Notes under the pieces: generated by a model
The model's input: the letters and a program-made list of their open reading frames with translations, nothing else
What the model was told of the DNA's origin: nothing
Databases searched by the model: none
Shown here: positions 14,556 through 28,500 of the stretch, piece after piece
Position numbering within the stretch: the stretch's first letter is position 1
Layout: each line of letters starts with the position of its first letter
Assembly (NCBI GenBank): GCA_964016885.1
Contig: OZ024742.1
Location: forward strand, 81,158,001-81,222,000
Length of the DNA stretch: 64,000 bases
Source: Eledone cirrhosa
Taxonomy: Eukaryota
Direction: 5' to 3'
Program-made: the position numbers and the translations under genes

Positions 14556-14759
14556 GGACAAAATGAAAAAAAACACACACATAGAACAAACAACCAACCA
14601 ACAACATGTAAATAAATAAACAGATAGATAAATGAACACAAACACCCACAGACACCCGGATGTGGCGCATGCGCAAACTGAGCACACAACACACACACAG
14701 AAACAAAATGGCGTAGGACAGAAGAAAGGAAAGGCACAGAAACAAAGAAAGGAATCCCC

Positions 14760-14804
14760 AGTCACTGAAGAGGTCACAGAGTGTGTGACGAAAGGACTAT
14801 GACT
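14760..14804 (+). ncRNA. Minimal type-I hammerhead ribozyme motif (family B)
   Basis: agtca CTGAAGA g gtcaca gagtg tgtgac GAAA ggac TA tgact. Confidence 0.8.
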
Positions 14805-14942
14805 ATATATAAACAACTATCTGGTTGTGGAACCAACCAACCAACCAGAAATTTGTAAATTTGTAATTTGTAAATTTATAAATTTATAAATATATAATAA
14901 ATTGAAGTGAAAGCAACTGGTGCGTTGACCCTCCCAAAGTAT

Positions 14943-15093
<151 letters not shown>

Positions 15094-15149
15094 ATATATA
15101 TGTATGTATATATGTATGTATGTATGTATATATATATATATATATGTAT

Positions 15150-15775
15150 GGTCAGGTCACCAGTTGGTGCTACTGGTAACATGTATCCCAGTTCAACCTG
15201 TCTCATGGCCGGATCGTTGGCGACAAAAGTGACAACCTCACCAATGTTTCTTGGTGAGGAGGGTGATTTTGGACATCCTGCAGGACTAAAAACAAAATCT
15301 GTCAAAGGGAAAAGGAGCTCTTAAGAGTCAAAGGCCATCCAGAATCACCGGGAGAGATGACCCCTTAGCTTTTGTCAAGGTAGAATTCTAGGAGAAGGAA
15401 AACTCTTATATAACACCTGCAAACCTGATGCTATCCAATGATGTTCACTTGTTCTTCTTCGTGGTAAATACCCTCTCGGTTAAGAGAGTGGGGCTGGCGT
15501 TGTGTAGTTCCTTTGCTCATTATAAAAGCGTCACGGCACAGTCCAAAAATAGAAAATATATGAAAATATATAAAACATATCTACAAAATATCTGGAGATC
15601 TCTCTGCACTTGTCGTCACATGGTACCATGGGCCCAGCACTATGTGTCAATAATTGTCACAAGTGTTGTGTTTGTACCAGAGTTTTCAAGTCGCTGTCTG
15701 GACTCAAAAGCCACACTCGTTCAGCGCACCGGTAGGGGTTCTCCTACATGGATATACAGTAGTGGCAGCCACCAT
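15150..15775 (+). mobile_element. Probable non-autonomous RTE-derived element (5' UTR joined to a 3' tail)
   Basis: RTE-5'UTR-like ctaggagaaggaaaactc at 15388-15405; ends ggcagccaccat, like the RTE tail at 20664-20678; (TA)n flanks; no ORF. Confidence 0.55.
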
Positions 15776-15792
15776 ATATATATTCTTATATG

Positions 15793-15843
<51 letters not shown>

Positions 15844-15865
15844 GTATGTATATATATATATATAC

Positions 15866-15938
<73 letters not shown>

Positions 15939-15944
15939 CATATA

Positions 15945-16280
15945 TGCAAAAGTTCTATTTAAAATTGTTGGGATACAACAAGTAAATATTTGTATAACTG
16001 ATATAAAGCACTCGACAATTATTTCGAGTAGATATACGATATTAATAAATGGAAGCTATATTTATAAAACCATATTTATTTCATTATACATATTTCAAGG
16101 ACACCAAGTTAAATTACGGTGTGCTTTCATCAGACAAAATATAATATAGATCAGTTTTGTAAATAAATATTGACATACCCTTAAACATACAACCACTACT
16201 GTTCGAAGCTTCCAGATCGTGCTTTATATCAGTTATAAAAATATTTGCTTGTTGTATCCCAACAATTTAAATAGAACTTT

Positions 16281-16284
<4 letters not shown>
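15945..16284 (-). mobile_element. Family-A ~340-bp element with 67-bp terminal inverted repeats and an internal HHR
   Basis: TIRs 15945-16011 / 16219-16284 (tgcaaaagtt...aaagcac); HHR at 16079-16139 on the minus strand. Confidence 0.85.
16079..16139 (-). ncRNA. Minimal type-I hammerhead motif (family A)
   Basis: ttttgt CTGATGA aagcacaccg taatttaact tggtgtcctt GAAA tatgta TA atgaaa. Confidence 0.8.
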
Positions 16285-16367
<83 letters not shown>

Positions 16368-16403
16368 ATGTATATTTATATATATATATATATGTATATA
16401 TAT

Positions 16404-16507
16404 AAACAAAAACAACCGTTTTAAGGCTACTTTCGATTTTTCGATTTACAGGCTGCATGATTGTCTTCACATTCATCAAAACTCCTTTTTCAGAAAGAGA
16501 GAGAGAG

Positions 16508-16539
<32 letters not shown>

Positions 16540-16584
16540 TGGGAGAGAGTGTGTGTGCGTGTGTGTGACAGCCCACTCTCTATC

Positions 16585-16638
<54 letters not shown>

Positions 16639-16723
16639 AAAGGAGTTTTGATGAATGTGAAGACAATCACGCAGCCTGTAAATCTAAAAATCGAAAGTAG
16701 CCTTTAAAAGGTTGTTTTTGTTT
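16404..16723. repeat. Inner fold-back element, 86-bp arms (16404-16489 / 16638-16723) extended by (GA)n/(TC)n
   Basis: Arms are reverse complements. Confidence 0.88.
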
Positions 16724-16734
16724 ATATATATACG

Positions 16735-16815
<81 letters not shown>

Positions 16816-16822
16816 GTATATA

Positions 16823-16852
<30 letters not shown>

Positions 16853-16853
<1 letters not shown>

Positions 16854-17099
16854 GCAAAAGTTATATTTAAATTGTTGGGATACAACAAGCAAATATTTTT
16901 ATAACTGATATAAAGCACGATCCGGAAGCTTCCAACAGTAATGTTTGTATTTTTAAGGGTATGTCAATATTTATTTATAAAACTGATCTATATTATATTT
17001 TGTCTGATGAAAGCACACCATAATTTAACTTGGTGTCCTTGAAATATGTATAATGAAAAAAATATGGTCTTATAAATATGGTTTCCATTTATTAATATC

Positions 17100-17100
<1 letters not shown>
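16853..17100 (+). repeat. Family-A HHR-bearing unit
   Basis: Reverse complement of 16037-16284. Confidence 0.88.
16998..17058 (+). ncRNA. Minimal type-I hammerhead motif (family A)
   Basis: ttttgt CTGATGA aagcacacca taatttaact tggtgtcctt GAAA tatgta TA atgaaa. Confidence 0.82.
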
Positions 17101-17181
<81 letters not shown>

Positions 17182-17267
17182 GTATATATATATTAGTATG
17201 TATGTATGTATATAGATATAGATATATATATGTATGTATATATATATGTATGTATTTATATATATGT

Positions 17268-20252
17268 ATTTACCATGCCTTGAAAGGTGTTCTAAGAAAT
17301 ATCCCTCTGGCTGACAAAGTCATCGTGCTTGGTGACTTTAATGCTAGAGTGGGTAGGGATTTTAACACATGGAATGTAATCGGAAGGCATGGGGTGGGGA
17401 AGTGTAACAGCAATGGTATGCTCTTGCTGCAGATGTGTGAGGAGCTGGATCTGTGTGTTACCAACACCATGTTCCAACAAAAGAACAAATTCAAAACCAC
17501 ATGGATGCATCCTGCATCTAAGGAATGGCATATTTTGGACTACGTCCTAGTCAGGATGCGTGACAGACAGGATGTGCAGTGTGTTCGTGTTCTTCGTGGA
17601 GCTGAGTGCTGGACGGACCACCGCCTGGTACGCGCAAAAGTGAATCTAATCACCAAACGTAAAATCCGGGCTCCTGGTGTTACCCTGCCCAAAAGATTGA
17701 ATGCCGCTCGTCTTAAGGATAAAAATGTGAAGAGGACATTGGAAGAAGAGATGGAGGCTGCAGATCTTGGTGAGGATTGGCAGACCCTTAAAAAGTCGGT
17801 TGATGATGTAGGCAGACGTGTTCTGGGATTGGTGCAGAGAAAACATCAGGGCTGGTTTAATGAGAATGATGTACATATAGAAGACTTGTTGGCTGATAAG
17901 AGGCGTGCTCTGTCACGCTACTTGACGGCAAAACCACAGGAGAGGAATACGCTGCATGAGGAGCTCAGGGATGTAAAATCACGTGTTAGGCGGAGTCTTT
18001 CTCAGATGAAGGATCAGTGGTGGAGTGCGAAGGCTGGTGAGATACAAACTGCGTCTGATTGCAATAACACAAAGCTGTTGTACAGTCTCTTGCGTGAGGT
18101 TTATGGACCGTCTTCTTCTCTGGTGACACCGATTCGCAGCAAGGATGGCAAAGAACTTCTTCGTGACTCACAGGGAATTCTACGAAGGTGGCGAGAGCAC
18201 TTTGATGATCTTTTGAATCAGCCGTCTGTCGTCAGTGAAGATTTCCTCAATCTAATTCCGGAAAGTCCTGTGAAAGTAGCTCTCGCAGAACCTCCGACGC
18301 TTGTGGAGGTTGCAGTGGCTATTTCGAAGCTGAACAGTGGAAGATCTCCAGGTATGGATGGCATACATGCTGAGCTCCTACAATATGGTGGTGAGAGACT
18401 CCTGTAACATCTTCACTCTTTGTTTGGAAGGATATGGGCTAATGAATCCGTGCCTGAGGACTGGAGAGATGCAGTAATGGTGGTCTTGTACAAGGGAAAG
18501 GGTAACAGGAATGATTGTGGGAACTACAGAGGTATATCATTGCTTTCTGTCGTAGGGAAAGTTTTATGTAGGGTGCTTCTGGACCGTCTGCTGACACACA
18601 TTGCCGATTGTGTCCTTCCTGAAAGTCAATCTGTTTTTCGTGCTGGACGCGGCACTACTGATATGATCTTCTAACAAGGCTTGGATCTGTATCAGGTTTT
18701 TGTCGATCTGACAAAGGCTTTCGATACTGTCAACAGAGATGCATTATGGAAGGTTCTCCAGAAACTTGGTTGCCCTGATAAGTTCCTTGCTTTAGTTATG
18801 TCTTTCCATGACGACATGAAGCTTGGGTTAATGTCGGATGTAACATGTCGGAGCCTATCTCAGTAAAAAATGGAGTGAAACAGGGCGATATTCCAGCACC
18901 GACCCTGTTTGCCATATACTTTGCAATGGTTTTCTGTATTGCATTCAGGAATTGCGAGCATGGTGTTTACATCCGATATCGAACCTCAGGCAGCATATTT
19001 AACATCAGGCGCTTTGTTGCGAAGACAAAAGTATTTACATCAGTCATAAGAGACCTCTTGTATGCAGATGATTGCGATCTTGTAGCACACACAGAGAGTG
19101 ATATGCAGCACATTTTAAATGTATTTTCTGACGCTTGCACTGCCACTGGGTTTGACTGTCAGTCTCAAGAAAACCGTCGTCATGTACCAACCTGACTCTA
19201 GTAAGCAGTACACTGAACCAAACATCTATGTGTATGGCAAACGACTTGGAGTTGTTGATCAGTTTGTCTACCTGGGAAGCACTGTCAATCGATACGGCAA
19301 CCTTGACAGTGAAATCTCACTTAGGATTAGGAAAGCAAGTGATGCTTTCGGAAAGCTAGAAAGGTGACTCTGGGTTCGGCGAGACATATGCAGGAGGACA
19401 AAGGTAAAGGTGTACAGGGCATGTGTACTCTCTTGTCTTCTTTATGCCTGCGAGACCTGGGTCACATATCGACGCCACCTTAAGCAATTGGAGCGTTTCC
19501 ATCAGATGTGTCTCAGACGGATCCATGGCGTTCACTGGAGGGACCACATCAGTGATGTCGAGATTTTGGAAAGCTCTATGTGTGACAGTATAGAAGCTCT
19601 TGTGCTTAAGCAACGACTCCGTTGGAGTGGTCACCTTGCCAGGATGAAGGATTCTAGAATAGCAAAACAACTCTTCTATGGAGAGTTGGTTAAAGGAAAA
19701 CGACCGCCACATAAACCAAAAAAGAGGTATAAGGATTCCTTGAAAGCCTCTCTGAAAGACGCTAACATCTCTGCTGATACATGAGAAAATATTGCTGCTG
19801 ATCGTAATAAATGGAGAAAGACTGTATATGAGGGAAAAGTTGCCTTTGAGGCATCTCGAATCGCACACGAGAAAGTAAAGCGGGACGTGAGGAAGGGCAT
19901 TGCTGTTGCACTTCCAGACGGCGAGGGTCCTCCTATGGTGCTGACATGCAGCGTCTGTGCGAGACTCTGCCTAAGCAAAGCTGGACTCGAAAGTCATCTT
20001 CGCAGTCATAAAGTAAGACCAGTGGTTGACTACCAGGCGGCTTTTGGAGATGCTACTCATCATGCTTGCCAAACATGTGGTAGAGAATGTAAATCAGCAG
20101 GAGGGCTCAAGCGACATGCAAAAGTACACGAACTCCAACCACAGCCGACTATTCCCAGTGAATGTTTTGGTTGCCGAATCTGTGCAAGACATTTTAGATC
20201 ATTGGCTGGGCTAAAAAGCCACATTCGATCGCAGCACTGTTAGTTGCTATCA

Positions 20253-20283
<31 letters not shown>

Positions 20284-20362
20284 GCTTATGTGCGTGCGTG
20301 TGTGTGTATATATATATGAATATGTATATTATTATTGTTGTTGTCGTTATTATTATTATTGC

Positions 20363-20408
<46 letters not shown>

Positions 20409-20490
20409 GTTATTAATGTATGTGTGTGTATATGTGTGAGTGTATGTGTATGTATGTGTGTATGTATATATGTATGTATACAAAAAAAAA

Positions 20491-20568
<78 letters not shown>

Positions 20569-20678
20569 CATTTATTATTATTATTATTATTAGTTTTTTA
20601 TTTTAGTGTAATTTTCTTTTTTTTTTTTTCTTCTCCTGCAATGGCCATACTCGATAACGAGGGGGCAGCCATCATCAT
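17268..20678 (+). mobile_element. RTE-clade (BovB-like) LINE, 5'-truncated: APE endonuclease, RT, three C2H2 fingers, 3' UTR interrupted by microsatellites
   Basis: [73 protein letters not shown]; few stops or frameshifts. Tail has hairpin ctcg-ataa-cgag plus ggcagccatcatcat. Confidence 0.95.
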
Positions 20679-20832
20679 ATGTATGTATATATATATATAT
20701 GTATGTATGTATATATATATATATATATATATATAAATATATGTATATATATATATATAAATGTATCATAACACATGTCTATAGAATCACAAGACAAAAT
20801 ATATACTATTTCCTCTCATACATATATATGTA

Positions 20833-20863
<31 letters not shown>

Positions 20864-20905
20864 GTATGTATATATATATATATATGTGTGTAAATATATA
20901 TATGT

Positions 20906-20939
<34 letters not shown>

Positions 20940-20963
20940 AATGTTTGTACGTATATACATACA

Positions 20964-21675
20964 TATAGCTCTGGTTTATCCAAATTATTGAGCCCTTTGT
21001 CACGCATTTCGAAGATTGTGTTTCGTTATTTCGTGGGCCGAGATTCCGATTCTCGATAATTTATTTGTATTTATCTCCAGTCTTTATCTATTGACCAGTT
21101 AATGTTATTGATTTTTTAGTTGATCTTATTGACTGATGAATATCTCATGTTAATTTTAACCCGTCTGTTGAGAACTCTAATTCGACATGTGATATTTTGT
21201 ATTTTTACAATAATATACACTACTGAATTCATTCGCCTAATATAGGGGTTTCCTCCCTTGCTAGACCCCACGTGGATTTAGTAACGGTTTTTTTTTGTAT
21301 ATTTGAACGAAATGCCTGTTGAGAAAGTGGTTTCTTCGTTCATCATTCTACCAGAAGCCGGATATTTTTTATGTAAGCTGACGGTAACTGATTTAGGAGC
21401 CGCAGAAACCAAAATGCTGGAATTTACCATCCTTCTAGCGGGTCCGGGTAAAGATTTTTCATTCATTTATATTATTATTTGTCTGACCCGAATTTTCTTG
21501 GTCGTTTTTTGGGCTGTGCGAATGATTTTAAGCATTGTCTCTCTGTGTTGGTATTTAAACGTTAGTTATAGCTCTGGTTTATCCAAACTATTGAGCCCTT
21601 TGCCACGTATTTCGAAGATTGTGTTTCGTTATTTCGTGGGCCGAGATTCCGATTCTCGATAATTTATTTGTATTT
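20964..21675. repeat. 603-bp unit with 109-bp direct terminal redundancy (20964-21072 / 21567-21675)
   Basis: Near-identical direct repeats; (TA)n-rich flanks; no recognisable ORF. Confidence 0.85.
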
Positions 21676-21682
21676 TTATATG

Positions 21683-21715
<33 letters not shown>

Positions 21716-22573
21716 GTATATAAATTTATATATATATATATATATACCTGATACAGGAGGGAGAAATAATATAAACACTAAAGTACAGTAGAATGATCTA
21801 ATCAATGAGATATGGTAAAAGGCGAAATCCAGTTGTGTAAGTATAGCCTTTACAATCTAATTAAAACCTACCCATGACGGTTATAGCAGGTCAGTCAGAT
21901 CTGTGCGATATCAGACATGTGTTAATTCCTAGACAGCTTACTTCTGCGTCCACTCTCAAACACATTCGGAACTATTTATATAGACTTTATAAATAAGGCC
22001 AAACTGATATGTGCAATAAATCTTGAGTGAATAAAATGATGTAAGTAGTCACAACGCTATGATCAAGCATCAGATTTGCATAAACTACTTTGCGTAACTT
22101 GATGTTGAATATATTTATATAAATATTCAAAGATAAACAGGAACACACTTTCTTAAATTAACGCTGCACGCTAGTTAGAAGAAATAAGTAGGTGACTAAA
22201 TATTACTTAGACAATAAATACGTGTAGGGTATATTCACTTGCATGAACCATCTCATGTGGTGTGTCAAGTCACATAGATACACGCAAATATACACATAGA
22301 GAAAAAGTGATACATATGTGTGTGTATGAGAGCGGTAGTATTTTCGTTATATACAACTGCATATGTATAAATATTTACATACTATAACATAAATAATCAG
22401 TGGTGAAATGTGTTGTATTCTGATTCATTATATATGCATATATATATATATATATATGTGTATGTGTGTGTGTGTATATGTATGTGTGTGTGTATGTGTA
22501 TGTGTGTGTGTATGTGTGTGTGTATGTGTGTGTGTCTGTGTATGCGTGTGTGTATACGTGCGTGTATGTGTGT

Positions 22574-22686
<113 letters not shown>

Positions 22687-23184
22687 TGCGTGTGCCTCTG
22701 ATTGTGTGGAAATGAGTATAAATGTCAGTGATTCTCAGTGTCTCCGTTAAGTTATTGTGTGTGTTATTTCGGTTAAACTTTAATCTACCAGTAATCATTT
22801 TTTTCATGTTTTCTTCGTAGCGAAATAAAATATTTCTCCAAATATAGTATCTTTAATTCATTGAATTTCTGATGAATCCATAATCCCAATCCAGATTATC
22901 ATTATGAGTCCATAATCAATTATATGAACGCTCTTATTGTATGTGTTTAAATATTGAGAGAAGAAAAATACATGAAATCGCTTGAGAAAATATTAATTGT
23001 ATATATATTTATTGATATTCGATTACAAATACAATACTGGGTAAGGCAAACGGTTGGCAGATATATTAAATCCATTACATCATTTTCATATACGTAATTA
23101 AGAATACCTTTGATTTTAAAGATTATTTTCTAAATATTCTAGGCATATGAAAGTGAATATATGTGCTTACATAACAGCAAGATA

Positions 23185-25500
23185 TCTTCTTCTTCTTCTT
23201 CGTCTTCTTCCAACCATTTTAATCAGGGTCTACTCCTGCATCTCCTGCACGTTAATTTTGCCCGCAAAATCTGTCCTGCAATTCTTTCCTGGTATATTCC
23301 AAAACATGAACATAGTATTGGAGCTGTTATATTGCCATTAGGAGAGGTAACGGTTCTACCCGGAGCATCACTCTGATGTTCAGCTAAGCAAACTATCAAA
23401 TAACGTTACTAGAAAGATTCTTTGGAGGTACCCTTCAGTCGATTGTAATCGCAATCTTATTCTTTTGTCTATTAACCGGTGTTCATGACCATGTGTAAGT
23501 GTTGCCAAGAATACTTTAATTGAAATGAGAGAGTGAGAGCTTTCGTTTAACTCCCTTCTTCCGAACACCGAATGCTGATACTGTTGCATTACTGAACCAG
23601 CTCCTGCAATTCTTGCACTTAATCCAGCCTCCTGTCTTCTGTCACTCGAAAACACGGCCCTGAGTTATTTGAACCTTTCCACCTGCATCAGTGGAAATCT
23701 ATTTACATGTAAAGTACACTGTTCAGCAGTCTTTGTGAGGAAGAGTGCACATATTTTCCTTCCAGCGATACTGCCTTCGGACAAAAACCTATCAAGTGCA
23801 AGTCGTATTTTACCATCTATCGATATAATTAATATCATGTCGTCTGCAAATTCTAACCGACGAATACTACACCTGCCAGTCGTACCACCACTTCCATCCC
23901 AGCTATGCATGTCAAATCTATTCTTGAAAATATTGAACAAGAGATGTGAAAGTACGAACCCTTCGTGTAGTCAGACATCCACGTTTAATGCTTTCACATA
24001 TTGAATGAATTAGCACCATTTATCTGAAAAGAATATACACCGGTATACGCATAGAAATCCGGGTCACAAAAAGCTGACCATCCATCCTTTGGAATGCAGA
24101 CATATGCCTTCTGGAGTTCTACAACTAAAGAATACACCTCTTCGCAGTCCTCACACGATTGCTCTCTTGACTCCTTTTTGAAATTTAGGATTATAATTCC
24201 CGATTGCCATTGCTTAGGTGCTGTTCCAACTATCCCCGCCAACCGGAACACACTAGCCAACCAGATAATACTATATCTATTTAAGGTTTTGGTCATCTCG
24301 AAACGATTTTCCTCCTCCCCAGTGGTCTTGCACATTTGCGCTCGTTAATTGCTCTTCTAACCTAAGCCACAGAGAGTTTAGATATCACTCCCTGATGCAC
24401 CTCGTAACTCTCAGAAGATACAGTCGTGATTGGGTTTAGGAGATCATCAAAATATTTTCTGACTCGCAGATTTGCATCCCTCTGAAGAGAGGAGAACCTC
24501 CGATGAATTCCTGATAGCAAATGTGTAGTAGGATTTCCTATTACGATATTGTTGTATGGTATGCCACAACACTTCATTTACTGATCTAAAGTGGAATTCC
24601 GGCTTATCCAGAAAGCATTCCCATGTCTTATCTTTCGGCGCATTTATTGACTTAGCTACGATTTTCCGTGCCTGAGTATAGCGCACGAGCATGAAAGATT
24701 ACTTATTTCCAAGCGAAGCGTTGTGGACCTTCTTCTTTGCCCAGATGGCATCTTTCGGCGACAGCTTTTAACACCTGATGCAGAAACAGCTGAGTTGTTT
24801 ATTATCCACTCTGTATCAATGTCCTCAGTTTGCTGATTGAGTTCTATGAATTTGGATGCAATAGTATCAGCATATCTACTCCTGACTTCCTTACCCACCA
24901 ACGCTACCCACTATGTTTTGTATGTCGACCTGCGTCTACCTGTGTTTTGCGCCTCTTCGGCTGTAGGTAGTCTCACGTTGCAGATAATTAGACGATCGAC
25001 AGTTGACAGCTCAGCTTCTCTGTTATCACGAATATCCAGCACATATTCGAAGAGATCAGAGACGATAACAAAAACAATTATTGGTCTTTGTCCGATTCCA
25101 TTTTATGCCATACTTATTTCTGGATGTCTCTATGCTGGAAGGACATGTTCATATTAAAGAAACCATTATTAGAACAGAAGTCTAATAAGGCCTCACATTC
25201 GTATTTAGATTGGGATCACCTTTCAATGATAGCTGCTCGGTGCCAACTTTTCCATTGTAGTCTCTAATTAGGATATATGACTCAGTCTTAACTACATCTA
25301 ATGCTGCAGTGAATTCATCAAGGAAGCATCTGTATTCGGACTGCTTGTTCGGGGCATAGACTTACACCTATCGTTCTACGCAATGCAGTCCATAAGGAAT
25401 TCTCACAACCAAGGGTGTTTATTTTTCCCCACTCCCACGTGTGCAGTCAATCCTTGCGACACACCCTAATAGTGGAGTATCCACCCTCTATCAAAATCTA
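23185..25500 (-). mobile_element. Old degenerate RTE-clade LINE (Expander/Rex3-like)
   Basis: Minus-strand remnants APKQWQSGIII, VELQKAY, LEFADD, QVERFK and ARIAGAGSVM; (GAA)n 3' tail at 23185-23210. Confidence 0.8.
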
Positions 25501-28500
25501 CAATACCACAGCCACGAAACTTTTGTTGAGAAAAACCCCGATTATATTTAGCCAGTTGCACCTAGTCTCCACGATTAGTACCTGCTCCGTATCTCTAAGG
25601 GCTGTGTTGATCCGGGTTCCAATTTTCACGATTTGCCCACTACCGAATCTCTTAAGAATCTCGGGATATACAAAAACACCTATTACTCTATTACGTAATA
25701 GAATTGTATTGAGTATCTTGAGATTGTTTATAACAATTACACTATACATGTATTCATTTCATTTCATATTCTATCGGTTGATAGAAGTTGAATTTGCCTT
25801 TATTCAAACAAAATCTGCATATTTTGTCATTATAATTATTTCTTAGTGTCGAATTATATAAATTTATTCGGAAACTAATTTTATGCTACAAGCATTGATG
25901 ATACTTTTCTATAAGACTGAAATTCATTTCAAATTAACTCTTGTTTGAATTGTCAGGGTTTCTTGATTACTAGTAATTTATTTGCTATTTATCAGATTAA
26001 TAAGATTATCCCGTTAACTTATTATTATGTATCATGATTCGAAAATCACATATCGAACCGTTATAAAACATAAAAATATTAAATAAAGAAAATCCCGTAA
26101 AGTTTACTTTCACTCGGCATCTATTCATGGGAATCAGAAATATTGGTATAATCTTATTTTAAGGCAGATTATATCGGCTTAACATTTTCCTTCTGGGAAT
26201 CACCATATATGGAAATTCAGGGACATACAATCTTAAATTTTGATTAACTGAATATTACGAAATACGTAAATATGTTGTCTTTTGTGAATGTGAAAATATG
26301 AAGTTCTATCACATAATATGTTTACATAATTTTACTATATCATGAACCATTATCCCTGCTTATAAAATATATTATATTTTACATTTTCAAAATGTTTTAC
26401 GATTGCAATGTTTCCGTAATTATAAAAACAAACAATGCACCAATTGTGAAAATAATCATGCCCATCATTTATTTAGATAAATGCGTATGTATTCAAATGA
26501 GTGTCATAGTGTTTTAATTTATTTAACATTTCTAAAGATTATTATATGCACTTTACAGAAACGTGGTTATATTTTAAGATTTTCATCTATTGAAGAATAT
26601 TTAGCAGATACTGAATATTGGTAGTATTGGGTTTATTGTTTCCTCATTTTTTAAATTATATCTGTCATTATTGTGTTTAGTTGCTTCTGCTGCACATTTC
26701 AGTATATTATTGATTTTCAGTATAAAATATACTACTTCAAAAACAATGATTAAGTTCTGAAAATCAAAGTATAATAACCCAAAGCATTTCGATTGATGTC
26801 ATAAATTCGTTTATTTGTATTATTTCCAATTATCTTTATATGTTGTTACATGTAGCTTTGAAATAAATGTTGCTGATCATAACGGCAGTTCATGTATTCA
26901 CGATACTACATCTAAATCAGCATCTTAACATATTAACCTCTAATAACGAAATGCACGAAATAGATCGGTTACTTGTATTCAGCAAATATAATTATATCAC
27001 CATTCAATATTTCTGCAAATTAACTTGAATAGGAATAGATTTCTCCCATAGACACGGATGGAACAGTGACACACAGAATCAGTCTTGATTTTAGAGCTTT
27101 TTTATACTTGATGAAGAGGGAAGAATTTGTCCACACGGTGGCCTCAGTTGTATCCTTGCAACAGAGACTACTCATCAAATGTTGTAGGAAGGGGAGAATG
27201 TCAAACTGTAGTTTTAGACTGGTACAGTATTATGGATACCACCCGATGAATCCAAACAAACGCAAGGTGTCGGGTGGAACGCTCTGCCCATTTAGTGGAT
27301 TAAGAATAATTTCGAATGTTTAAATTTATCGAGCCATAAAAGTAGGAATGCAAAACTTGACGACATGGACGTGATTTGCAATCAAAAATCAAAGAGCCTA
27401 AACAAATAAGGCAAATAATGTTCATCCATGAGAATAAAACAAAACGATCTAAGATTGAGTTTAACATATTAATTCTGTAAATTATTTAAAAAAACAAAAA
27501 AAAACATTAAATTTGTTAACAGAATTCATTACCATTTAATTCAAACTTAAACCTTGCGAAAGACATGTAAGTAAAAAGGCGTGTATAAGTTAAAATACAT
27601 AAACCCTTGCAAACACATATACATGTAGATGAAACTGAAATATCTGGTATCTGTGTGTAAGTCTGGGTGCATGTTTGAGTGACTTTTCATCGACAATTTC
27701 CGTTAGCTGATCATAACTTTCATGATGAGTTTCATGATGCTATTGCTCGTATGTTATCTTAATCATTCCTTATTTTATTTAAAGAAATTGTGACGAGCCA
27801 AATCAATGCTATTGCACAAAGAGAAACTACTAATCGTTACACATTATAGCTCCGATGGTTTTATCGACTTACAATCCATATGCTAGATCACAAATATCTT
27901 CTGCACACCAACCATGTAATCTTTAAATGAATATTCAACTATAAATAAAATTGAACATATAATCCCGTCCTTATATTTTATCAGTTGTGATTAGACAAAA
28001 TTGAACACCGTGACCGATCATAAAAAAAATTCTGTTAAATATTGTTACATAATTTATCAGCCAGGCTCAGTAAGCTCAATGTTTCAGGGCTTTTCTCGTA
28101 AAATAAATCATTGGTGTTACTCTTAACTCCAAATACAATGTAATTGGTTGATAGAGGAATATACAATACGTACATGTAAAATATAAATGAATGAGTTTCG
28201 TTATTGATATTTAAAATTGTAGTCATGAAACACCTATCAGAGAACGACTAACACTGGAATCTGTTGTGCTGAACGTCATCAGTAACATTTACTCAATTAG
28301 TACTGAGAAAAGAATAAGCTGTAGGTTATATCACTTTTGTGTATGAAACCTAGTAACGATATTTTCATCTGCAATATGGTGTAGGCCGGATCGGATAAAA
28401 GGAATTAATAATTAAATATGTTGATGGTAGACCGATGAAAGAACTTTCTCTCTCGTCTTTAGACTCAGGTGTAGTATATGAGTATGACGTGCTAATATTC

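Noticed and set aside
16638-16723. Possible hammerhead in the inner arms (ttgatga...cgaaagtagcc)
   Set aside because: No convincing stem II or stem I pairing.
20964-21675. LTR retrotransposon or CRISPR-like interpretation of the direct repeats
   Set aside because: No TG..CA ends, PBS/PPT or pol remnants; only two repeats in a eukaryotic context.
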